In this document: piece after piece, positions 52,991 through 64,000 of the stretch
Layout: each line of letters begins with the position of its first letter
Numbering within the stretch: position 1 is the stretch's first letter
Assembly: GCF_036321535.1 (NCBI RefSeq)
Contig: NC_087437.1
Location: 106,828,001 to 106,892,000 of the forward strand
DNA length: 64,000 nt
Reading direction: 5' to 3'
DNA from: Camelus dromedarius
Taxonomy: Eukaryota
Program-made: the position numbers and the translations under genes
The notes under the pieces: generated by a model
Seen by the model: the letters and a program-made list of their open reading frames with translations, nothing else
Databases searched by the model: none
What the model was told of the DNA's origin: nothing

Positions 52991-55240
52991 CTCAGGTTTA
53001 CACAGCAGCCAACTTTGGAATGAACTTAAGATGCAGTGTGATGCTATGGAGAAAGCACAGGGATAGGACTGAGCAGGGCTGGGTGTAACAATCTGGTTGA
53101 ACCAATCACTATCGATGTGGCCTTGATCACCTCTGGGACTCTGTTTTCAAATCCACAAAATTGGGTAAATAATACACATCCTGCTTACATCAGAGGACTT
53201 TATGAGTCACTAATATAAGTGTCTGCAAAGAGAATTACCAGATTTAGGCTACCTCGAATGCAAGTACATAAATAATGCAGTATGAAACAGAAAGCCTGCC
53301 TGGATGAGATCACATGAATTATACTCCTGTTTTACATCAACACTGATAAAGTTATCCCACTGTTAGAGCCACACAGAACGGTATCATTTCCAGACCTTCT
53401 GGTCTAACAGCCGTGATACCTAAGCAGTGAAGTAAGGGTGCTTATATATTAGCATTGGTGTATTTTCTGTGCATGAGGCATGAAAAAAGTGCCAAGGACA
53501 TTCAGATATTTACCAAACATTAAAGAACACAAAAAGCATGAGATTGCAGACTCTGTGTTATCATTGCCTTACAGAGTGGGTGAATCTAATATTGGCAGCT
53601 TGTGTGGTATCTTAAGCTCTGTTCTCAGTCCTCCTGAGCCCAGCTATTGTGCAGCGACGTCAACCCTATGGTCTAAGGACTGATTTTTAAGGATAAGGTG
53701 TAATACTGACCAATTGTCAGCTATTTGAAAAACCTCACTGGAATGTTTTTTTAAGGATTTATCAAAATCTTTTAATATCAATTATTGTAGATTTGAGTAA
53801 TTTATGAGTACATGTATTGTCAGACTTCAAAAAGATACTGAATTTATACATAATTATTTTGTTCATCCCTCAAAATCGTTGATGATGATAAAATGGTAAT
53901 AATGATAATAATGATATCCTATCTGTCCATTTTCTGTATTCAGAGAAATCTGGTAAATAACAAACATAACCTTTTAAATACATTTAATGCAAAATACTCA
54001 AAGATGTGGATTCTACTAATAAAATATGCTTTGGGTGCTCTGGAAAACTCAGTGGAATCCTACAACATTAAGGTAGGATGAGTCTAAGCCACCTGTCCCA
54101 GTTCCCTGCCAAATTAACAACAAATTGTCCCTAAGGGGAACTTATTAACTTACCATCCCATTTACTGTCAACAAGGTTTGTCCCATTTGGATGTATCTGT
54201 AGCGGATAGAAAAGTATTTCCCATATTAAGCAGATTTTTGCCTAGATACACCTTCCACCCATTATTCTAGTTCAGAAGATGTTTCTTGCTGCTAGTAACA
54301 GTACTGTGCACACAGATACTCCACATTAGGAGCATCCTTACTATTTTGTAAAAGATCACAGAAGGCGATCCTAGAATACTAAAGAGCATAAACCATTCAG
54401 TATTAAGGTAACTAACACACAAACGTCCCTCAGAGAATTTCCTAATTGAACCTTGTCATGGGGTTTTCCTGCCTAGTCATTGGCCTACATGACTCTGCTG
54501 TGATGAACAAAAGAAGAGGGATCCAATCAGGCCAGCCACAAATAGATCCCCACAGCCACGTGCTGGAACGCGGGCAGCATCTCTACAATGAGATAAAGCT
54601 TTCTGAAGCAGAAGGTCACTGAACCAAGATTTCTGACATATGCCCAAGCGCTGGCTTTTCAAACGGAGAGTAACAGAAGGCGCAGTGAGTTTTGTCAGAT
54701 GTTTTGATAAAACAGGACCAGGTTATCACAGTGAAAGCTCCTTTGTTTCCTCTTGCTGACAACTGACACTACTGCTTTGACTCAAGGGTGTGGGTCCCCC
54801 TCCTCCCCCACTGTTACAACCTTGAGAATGACTGCTTTTCTCCTTTTATTCTCTTTAGACACTTCAGCCGCTCTCTTTTACAAAAGACATTCGGGGAGCT
54901 GGTCGCAGTGCCAAGTTGATGGTCACACACTGTATAGTCGTCTTTGAATAGAGAGCGTAGAAAAACAAAGTCCAGGTCAAATGTCACTTTCTACATGGCA
55001 GTTCAAAAATGTGTCAAAAATAGTGTATGTGCACACACGTTCACACACACACACACACACAGCTTGAACTATGACAGCAGCCTCACAACTGGCCTCTTAT
55101 CTCAATCTCATTTATCACTATTCTATTTCTTACCTAGCTTTGACAATATCCTCTTGTCTTTAATAAACACCATCAATGGCCTTCCACCATGGCTCTTGTG
55201 TCTTATAATTCCAGGAGTATTATTCACATTGAATCTATAT

Positions 55241-55558
55241 TGAGGTCAGCAAACTGTAACCTAGGGGTCAAACCTGACCTGATGTCTATTTTTGTATAGC
55301 CTAAGAATTAAATAAGATTTTTTTTTTTTTACTTTGAAATGGTTGAAAAAAAAAAAGAATAATATTTTGTGAAATTCAAATTTCAGTGTCCATAATAAAG
55401 TTTTATCAGAACACATCCAGGCTCATTTGTTTATATAGTGTCTGTGCCTTCTCTTGAGCGAGAAAGGCAGAGTTCAGTAGCTGCCACACAGACGACATGG
55501 CCTGCAAAGCTTAAAGTATTTACTGTCTGGCCAAATAAAAAAGTTTGTCAGCCCCCAG
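55241..55558. mobile_element. MER58B-like hAT MITE
   Basis: ggtcagcaaact...aaattcaaatttcagtgtccataataaagtttt...aaaaagtttgtcagcccc. Confidence 0.75.
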
Positions 55559-56729
55559 GGTGCAAGGATGGGACCTCGTGGAGTTATAGCGCATGTGGCT
55601 GGACACCACAGCCCTGATCTCTAACACTCATCATGTTGAGTGTTTTCTCCCCAGTCAGGCATTTCAGGAGTTTCCATAACCTAGACCCAGACCAGATGCT
55701 CTCTTGCCTTCACATCCAGTGCTTATTCTTTCCTCACTACCCTGTGTCTGTGTCTGTTGCTTCTCTGTTGTAGCTGCATGTTCTCCTATATGTGTCTGTT
55801 GATACCTAACACTGAAAGCTCAGCTCAAATGTCGTTTTCAACGTGCCAGTTCAGAAATGTGTCAAACTAATGTGATTTCTTGCTTCGGAACTCACACAGT
55901 GTTTTGACCTTCCCTGCACACCTACCATGTCCTGCCTGGCACTGTACTTCGTCAAGCGCTTGTCTCGTTTCCCCTACTCTATTAGCATCTGATCCGTAAG
56001 TACAAGACTCGCTGCACTCATCTTTGTACCTTTAAGAATGACGCAGATGTGGACAGGCCTGGTACAGATCCTTGCAGACCTAGGACTTGTGCCAGGAACC
56101 ATGCCAGGGCTGAGTATACACGCAATCACATACTTCCTTAGTTACAGGGTCCAAGGGAAATACCAGTGGTGTGGAAAAAGACCCAAGTCAGTGCTCTAAT
56201 AAAGCTTCTGTGGGGAGTGATGGCTCAGTTCCATAAAAAACAAACGAGAGCTTTGATGGGCACCAGCCCAGGACCCAATCCAGAAGCAGGTGATACACTG
56301 AATAAATACCAGTCAGGCCCTCAACATGGGTGACATTCATTATAAGGAGCAAGATTCCATTAACCAGACCAGAGTCCAGGGCAGCAGAGCCAACAGAAAA
56401 GGAGGCAAAGTGGGGGCTGTGGAGTTTTTGGCAAGAAGATAGAGGCTTGGTCTTAGAAAGACGGGGGTTCTGAGGAGGTGACTGGGTCAAAGGCCAAAGA
56501 CAGAAACAACACTCCAGATCAGAGATGAACTCCTACCCAGAAGGTGACTAACTTCAGTCCCAAATATTGGATAGGAGCTACTTCCATTCCTTCTTCTTAA
56601 ATTAAGACTTAATTCTAGGATCTTTGAAGCAGAAAAACCTATACAAAAGGATAAGTGGCCCTAGCTCTGGGGGAAGACAAGAGGCACAGCAAGGGACAGA
56701 GCAGACCCTGGAAAGGGTGAGAGGGAACT

Positions 56730-56940
56730 AACTTCTTTTAAGCACTAACCACACCCCTGGCCCTGTGAGAAAGCTTTTGCTTACAATATCTCATTTAATA
56801 CGCACAGGAGCTCTGCAAGGGAGCAGCATTCTCCCCATTTTACAGATGAAGAAATGGTGGCTCAGAAAGATGATAAGCAATTAGGGGAGCTGAAATTTGA
56901 TGGCAGGTCTAAGTGAACCCAGACCAGTTCCCCCACCACT
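56730..56940 (-). mobile_element. MIR
   Basis: MIR core ccccattttacagatgaagaaat...ggctcagaaag. Confidence 0.65.
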
Positions 56941-59028
56941 ACGTCATGCCTCTCAAGTAAATGTTTATTAAATGTACGATGAAGACAGAAAAATTACGAA
57001 GGACAGTCTTTTTACAATTCAACGTGGTAAGTGTGATAATCCTAATCTTTCCCCCCATGTCTTCTGTAGCTTTTTCCTAATAAATAAGATGGCTTTTGTC
57101 TGTTTTAATGCTGGCCCACTGAACTCACAGCTCATGGATTCTGTGTCCCACGTAACAACAGGCGCAGCAAGTAATCTAGGACCATACTGGTTGCTCTAGG
57201 TTTCTGGTTACTTTGGATTTCCGGCTATCCAAGCCTTTCACAGACTAGTTTACACTTCCTGTCCAGGATTGTTTTATTTTGTTCGCTCCTCTTGGGCTTC
57301 TTACTGTTTGCCAATCAACTGTTGTAGGCCTTGTTTCCTCTGTGTTAAATGTTGCCTCCCCAATAAAACCTACTCTGATCTCTTTATTCAGAAATGATCT
57401 CGCACTCTCTTTCCCGCATTCTTACAGCATTTTTCTATATTATTTAGATGGTTCTATATTTGACCCGAAATAATACTTGTGTGCCTACTATAAACTCTAC
57501 AGACTTAAGAGTTTATACAAATCTTATTCCCCATAGTACCTTATAGTGGCAGTCACACAAAAGAAGTGTTAAAAAATATACATGTATATCCTAAAGAATA
57601 ATGTATAAACAAAGTTTTATTTTCTTAGGCTTTTCTATGTGGGCAATTCTACCAAGAGAACTTTCCTTCACCCCCTTATTTCTGACTTGGTTCTTTCCAG
57701 CTAATACAGTTCTTTCTGGCCACTGGAATTCTTTAGAATGAAGCAGTAGTATGAAATGGAAGACGCTGGCATTGAAGCTAGACCATGGCGCTTTGTTTTA
57801 TATCACTTGCAAAGTCTATGTGAGGCTGTGAGTCTAAAAATGCATTCTACTCCTAGTACATGTACAAGCCTATGGGCATACAATCTGTTTTTCAAAGTCT
57901 TTAATGGAATATACTAATTTGCATCTTACGATCATGTATTTTCCCCAGAGGTTCTATTTAAATAACTGCATAATTTCTTTTACTACATAATTTACCTCAT
58001 TGTGACACTCCAATAGGTCACAGAGGCCCTCTGATAGCCAATTTGGATTAGACAGCAAAAGTTATACATAGGACATTTGAAAAGCATATTAAGAGAGACT
58101 TCTTATTTGACAAATATTAATGTGTTTATTAAAGGGTACTAAAATATGAAGAAATAATCTTGCACTTGCAGCGACTACAAGAAAATTCACCATTATTAAC
58201 ACTAAAAATACAAAATACATTCTTCTGAAAATTGCACCTTAAAAATTTTGATGGCAGAATATCAAACTAATGGACTGCTGGATGATAAATTCCCTAGTTT
58301 TGATAGGTTTACAGAGACTTCCCCAAATATAATTAGTTTTAATTATCTCTGTAAATAGACAATAGTAGCTGTGTATATTAAGTATAGCAATGGTCAAACA
58401 TAAAGCCACTTAGTGGCTTCTAGGAAATGTTATGTACTTTAGGGGATATTTGCTTCAAAATTCTTTGCTTAACTTAAAATTATTCTATAAGATAGTAAGC
58501 AATGAAGGGATTCTGGGGAATAACAAAAGAAATGTTTAGCCAGGATTTAAGAATTCACTAGAATAATCTATCCAATTATAATTCTGACTATAATCAAGGC
58601 TAAAAAAATGTACCTACCAATAAAGTGAATTATCAGGAAGAAACAGAACACCTTATACTAAGATTATCTGAACCTATTCCTTCTAGAATCTATTTTTTAC
58701 TTTTCATATTATTATATGCAGTTTTAATATGGTATTACTTCTAATCTTTCAAATATGCTGTCAGATAAACCTAATTATTTCCCAGAAGTGGCTTGCAACT
58801 GGAGGAAAAATGCAGCAGAAAATGTATTCATCAATTAGGTAAACTAAGTTTATAGAAAATATTTTCCTCTTTAGTCTTTTGTCTAAAGAGAGACAAATAA
58901 GGAATTAGATACATTGGCAGAGGTGTGTCAAGGGTTTTGGGAAGGGGGAGACCAGACAATTCTTCATTAAGCATTTAAGAGACCCTAGAAGATTTCTAAA
59001 TAAGCATATACTGATATTTCTTGGGGAC

Positions 59029-59404
59029 TGCTATGAACTAATATTTGTGTTCCCTCAAAATCCACATGGTGAAGCCCTCATCGCAATGTGATGCTATCTG
59101 GAGGTGGGGCCCTTGGTAGGTAATAAGGTTCAGATAAGGTCATGAGGGTGGAGCCCCCAAGATGGGATTAGTGCCCTTACAAAAAGAGACCAGAGAGCTG
59201 ACTCTCTCTCTGCCACACCCTCCTTTTTGCTGCAAGAAGGCAGCTGTCTGTAAACAGGAGAAAAGCCCTGACCGAGAGCCCAACCACGCTGACTGGCCTT
59301 TGACTTCCTGGTTTCCAGAACTGTGAGAATGTCAGAATTAAATGTTGTTTGTTTAAGCCACCTGGTCTATGGTGCTCTGCTCTACAGCCGGAACAGACTG
59401 TGAC
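59029..59404 (+). mobile_element. MaLR LTR (MLT1A-like)
   Basis: tgctatgaactaatatttgtgttccctcaaaatcc...gatgggattagtgccctt...gtttaagccacctggtctatgg. Confidence 0.8.
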
Positions 59405-60144
59405 CTGAGGTATACGGACATTTCTCTCACATGGCCCTGATGTCTAGGCCCACAACATCCTGAACTGTGTGTCTCAGCTTCTACACTGCACACAGCCATG
59501 ATGAAGACATCGGGTCCTTAAGAAGGAAGGGTTGATTTCAGATGTGGGTGGAACCACTCCCTGAGCATTTGGTAGGGCAATGCTGAGACAGTGTCTGGGG
59601 CATGAAAGCAGAAATCAGCTCCTATGTATCTGCAACCATCTGAGACCCAGACTTAGACCCTGACACTGTTGTTCAGGACACTAACTTCTTGTATCTATTG
59701 CTTCAGTCTCTGAAGAAATTATGCTACTTTATTCCTTGTAGCTCCATTCTTTTCGAGGCTCCCAGAGTGCTCTCTGCCTAAAGCCCTGGCCTTCTGATAC
59801 ACAGACCAATGGTTCAATTTACTTCCTTGCCAATCGACTACCCTAAGAAAGGGAAAAGGCCCAGGAACAGTGTTATCACTCTGAGTTTAAAAAATTGGCA
59901 ATAATGTACATTATTGGAGTGTCCCTGAAATGCTTGCCACAGATGTCTTTTCCCCCGAAGTTGAATAGGTTTGGTAGTGCCATCCCTGCTCTATCACTCA
60001 GGACTGTCTGTGATCAATGGCAAACATTTCAATATAGTTCCTAAGGTTAGAGGTAATGTCATTTCATTTTGGGACAGGATCATGTCTTATTCATTTTTGT
60101 ACCCTCAGAATGAATTAATATGTAAAACGTGAGCTGTACAGTCT

Positions 60145-60960
60145 ATCCATTCATTCGTTTGATTCAACAAGTATTTACTGAGAACCTACTGTGTGTCAAG
60201 TACTATTTTAGATATTTGGAATAATTATCAAGTAAGATACTTGTCCTTGGAGATACTACATTCTGGAGGCGGGGGGAGAGACAATAAACATAATACATAA
60301 TTAAAGAATAAATGCTGGCAGAGGTATTAAATTCTATAAGGAATAAAAGAGGAACTCAGCAAGATAAGGAGGATCAAGGGAAAGGATGCAGGTGAACTGA
60401 GGTACAAAGACTTGAAAATGGTGAAGGAATTAGCCAAGACGGCTGGGTAAGAGCATTCCAGGCAGATGGCACAGCCAGAGCAGGAGCTGAAGGCACATCT
60501 CGTAGATTTAAGAAAGGAAGTCCATGTACAGAGAAGTGACAAAGTGGTAGGAGGTGAGGTCAGAGGTTAAGAGGCTGGGTCATGGAGGGGCTTGTAAGCA
60601 ATGTAAGGACTTTGGCTCTCTTTTAAAAAAATAATTCATTTTTTAAAATTTGGGGTGGGAGGTAATTAGGTTTCTATTTATTTGTCTTCAATGGAGATAA
60701 TGGGCATTGAACCCAGGATCTTGTGCATGCCAAGCACACACTCTATCACTGAGCTATACCCTCCCCCTTTTGGACTTTGGCTCTTATTCTGCATGAAAAT
60801 GGGGAGCTGCTGAAGGGTTTTGAGCAGAGGAGTGACAGGATTCAACTCTGGGTTTCTGAAAGGAGTCACTCTGGTTGCTGGGCTGAGAAGAGGCTGCCAG
60901 GAGTGAAGTAGGGAGATGAAGTAGGAGGTGAGAGCAAGAACCTAGGTGAGAGGTATTTTT
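60145..60960 (+). mobile_element. L2 remnant interrupted by a Vic-1 SINE
   Basis: attcattcgtttgattcaacaagtatttactgagaacctactgtgtg...gggttttgagcagaggagtgac. Confidence 0.65.
60620..60771 (-). mobile_element. Vic-1-type SINE inserted in an L2 remnant
   Basis: Reverse complement gggggagggtatagctcagtgatagag...ctgggttcaatgccc; perfect 13-bp TSD ggactttggctct (60607-60619 / 60772-60784). Confidence 0.9.
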
Positions 60961-62869
60961 AAAAGGTTAAGTCAGCAAACTTGTTCCCCCCACAAATTAA
61001 CCTGTCATGCCCTCTAGCCCAGACTGAAATTGCTTTATACTACATACACCAAAGAACTCCGGTTACAGATACAGCTCTGCCAAAAAGTTTTCATCTGGGG
61101 ATAAACTCAGGGATTCTCTTAATTCTTAAATTTTGTAAACAGGTGGTACACTGAAAGGGCACTGAATTCACTAACAATGTCCAATAAAAGCCATCAGGAT
61201 TAACTTATCTGAAAGGAATTTTCAAATTCACATCAATCAATAATAACAAATAATGGCCTCCTTCAATTTGTTCTAATTTTGACCAAGTAATGAAATTTCC
61301 ATCCTTAAAAAAAAAAAAAAGAATCCCTGATAGACTGCTACCTTTATTGCACGCTTGAGCATATCTCATTCCAAAGAGAAAGATCCACAAATTCTCGTTT
61401 CATCGGATCCAGGATGCATGGTCTGCATTCCAGTATACCCACCACATACCTCATCTGCGACATCACCTCCCAGCCAAAGACAGGACCATCATATTTCAAG
61501 GAAGAAAATGTGAAGAGACAGAATAAAATATTTGCTCAGGTTTAGGAAGAAATTATATACATTTCTTTTGTAGGCTGTGGTAGCATAGATAATGTCTTTT
61601 TTTTTTTCTTCTTCTTCTTTTTTTTGGAGCTGCTTGTTAGCTGTTTTGTCCCGCAGGAAAGGCTCTGCAGGGCTACGGATTGAAGTCACCCTGTCATCAC
61701 TGTACAACTGTCATCATGGTACAGATGAATTTTATCTGAAGTGAAAATCCACCAAGAGTTGAACATTGATGTTTGTATTGTTCTATGCGGTCTTCTGTCA
61801 AAGTTACATGTCATCTAAGACAAAGATTTCACCGTTCTTTGTTAGCACATTAAAACCAACCACAGTATTAGACACCTACACTGTGAGAATTGTAGAATAA
61901 CAACTGACAATGTAGGCACTATTCCAACTATTGAGAATATTTACTGCATGTTATTTTTAAAAAGCTTACAGAAGAGTGGGATTTAATGGGCCTGGAAACC
62001 TCTAAAATTATTTGCAAAGTTGTGCACTGATATGAATCTGTTAGATGGTCCAACAGTTTTGATCACAATCTCAAAGGCACCTGTGCTGGCACTCTCCCTC
62101 AGAAAAAGAACTCAAGGAACACTGACTTAGAAAAATACACTAACAGTATTTTTAAAAAGTTATTGATATATCAAGAGAACACTCTCTCAATTTATGAACA
62201 ATTGGATTCCTCAAAAAATTTAGTTGTGTTTTGATCAAAATGGACCTTTTGCTTTCACATCTTGATTTTCTAGAGAAAATATTTTATTTTACTTGTTACA
62301 ATTTTTATAGTGGATTAGACCTTAATTTATCTCAGCCAACATTTTTGAGTATCGACTATACACTGAGGGATATAATGATGAAAAAAGATGAAAATGACCA
62401 GGTTCCTGCCCATGAGAATCTCATAGTTCCTCTGCAGAGATGAAGACACAGCTAATGATCATATACTGTGAAAAACACCATTAGGGAAGTGAATTCAAGG
62501 GCAGTGTTATCCCTAGTTTATATCAATACTGTATTCTGCCAGGGGTTGTTGGGGCTGGAAAGATGAGTAAATTTTTCCAGGCACAGGAGGAAAGCTAGAC
62601 TCTTCTGGACACAAAGAACAACAGTAATGAAGGTATGGATGTTCAGTTTAGTGGGAACACAGGCTTGGAGGGGGCTTGCCTGAGGGGAATTCTGGGAAGG
62701 GGAGGCCAGACTGCAAAGAGCTTGGGACCATCCAAAGTGTCTACATTATGTATATAACGTGATGAGGAAGTATTGAAAGGGTAAGAAAAAAGAGAGGTAT
62801 AATCTGGATTATTTTAGAAATCTAACTTTGGTGGATAAGATGAAGACAGATTAAAAATAGGAAACTGCT

Positions 62870-63320
62870 TAGCCAAGATATAGAAGCTACCTAAATGTCC
62901 ACCAACAGATTAATGAATAAAGAGGATGCAGTATATGTACACACAATGGAATATTACTCAGCCATAAAAAAAGAATGAAATATTGCCATTTGCAGCAACA
63001 TGGATATATGTGGAATCTAAAAAAAAATACAAATCAACTTATTTACAAAACAGACTCACAGACCTAGAAAACAAACTTATAGGTTACCAGAGAAGAAAGG
63101 ACAGGGGAAAGGATAAATTGGGAGTATGGGATTAATAGATACACACCACTATATGTAAAATAGATAAACAACAAGGATTTACTATATAGCACATGAAATT
63201 ATACTCAGTATCATGTAATAATTTATAATGGAAAGAATCTGAAGCTGAACACCTGAAAGGAATGCAATATTGTAAATCAATTATAGTTTTATAAACAAAA
63301 GAAAAATTAAAAAAAAGAAA
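62870..63320 (+). mobile_element. L1 3' end (artiodactyl/camelid type)
   Basis: acaatggaatattactcagccataaaaaaagaatgaaat...aaacaaacttatagg...atgtaaaatagataaacaacaagg...A-rich tail. Confidence 0.85.
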
Positions 63321-64000
63321 ATAGGAAGCTGTTGATAAAAAGGTAATTTGTTGAATTAATAAATGAATACAGTTGCTTTTGCCTCTCTTTCAGAAGTCCA
63401 GAAAACTTGCACTCTAGAAGTTTTCTTTTTCTAACTTCTGCCAAACTATTACTATTGTTTCTACCTACAACACACATTTGGAATCTGTCCTCTTTATTCC
63501 CATGCCATTATCTGAGGAGAAGCCCCCACCTTCTCTCTCCTACTTCCCTGAGATAGCTCCAAAGTCTAGTCTCTGCTTTCCCTCTTGGCCCCTCACAATT
63601 TTCCACATGGCAGCCAATGACCTTTTAAAATAAAATACAAATCAAATCATTTCATCCCCTCATTTAAAACTCCCACTTCACTTAGGAGTCACATCCAAAC
63701 TTCTGACTGTGGTCTGCCAGGTGCTGTGTGATCGGGTCCATGTCAACATACTCTGCATCTGCTCCTTGTTCCCTAGTACCCCTGGGCTCAGTCGCCATGC
63801 TCCAGCCACACCAGGAGTCTTCCTATTCCTGGACCACTCCAAATTCTTTTCTGTCTGAATCCACTCCCTGGAATACTCTTCTCCTTCACCACTGCATGGC
63901 TGACTTTTCAGGTTCCAGTCCAAATGTCACCTTATCAGAGAAGCCTTGCTGACCCCTCATTCTAAGGCAACTGCCAATCGCATCACAGCATTCTGCCTTT

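Overview
Mammalian genomic DNA, most likely camelid (alpaca/camel): it carries four Vic-1-type tRNA-derived SINEs and camelid/artiodactyl-type L1 3' ends. The only protein-coding gene I can support is CYYR1 on the minus strand. Its penultimate exon (23327-23484) encodes the transmembrane segment and Cys cluster. Its last exon (CDS 10314-10435, three PPxY motifs) is followed by a ~2.3 kb 3'UTR ending near an AATAAA at 8036-8041. Positions 23485-64000 appear to be the large upstream intron, and I found no upstream exons. The rest is interspersed repeats (L1, L2, MIR, MaLR/ERV solo LTRs, hAT/Tigger MITEs). The most interesting observation is two independent ~330-bp elements (4044-4370 + and 48247-48586 -), each joining an L1 5'-UTR head directly to an L1 3' tail at the same junction, which suggests an ORF-less, L1-derived non-autonomous SINE-like family. 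Also notable are a cluster of ERV solo LTRs in the last intron (one with an 8-unit CCAAT array pointing antisense to CYYR1), an orphan GC-box/ETS/CRE element, a NAGNAG acceptor and a possible intronic-polyadenylation isoform lacking all PPxY motifs. Repeat family names are from recognition of sequence by eye, not from a database search.
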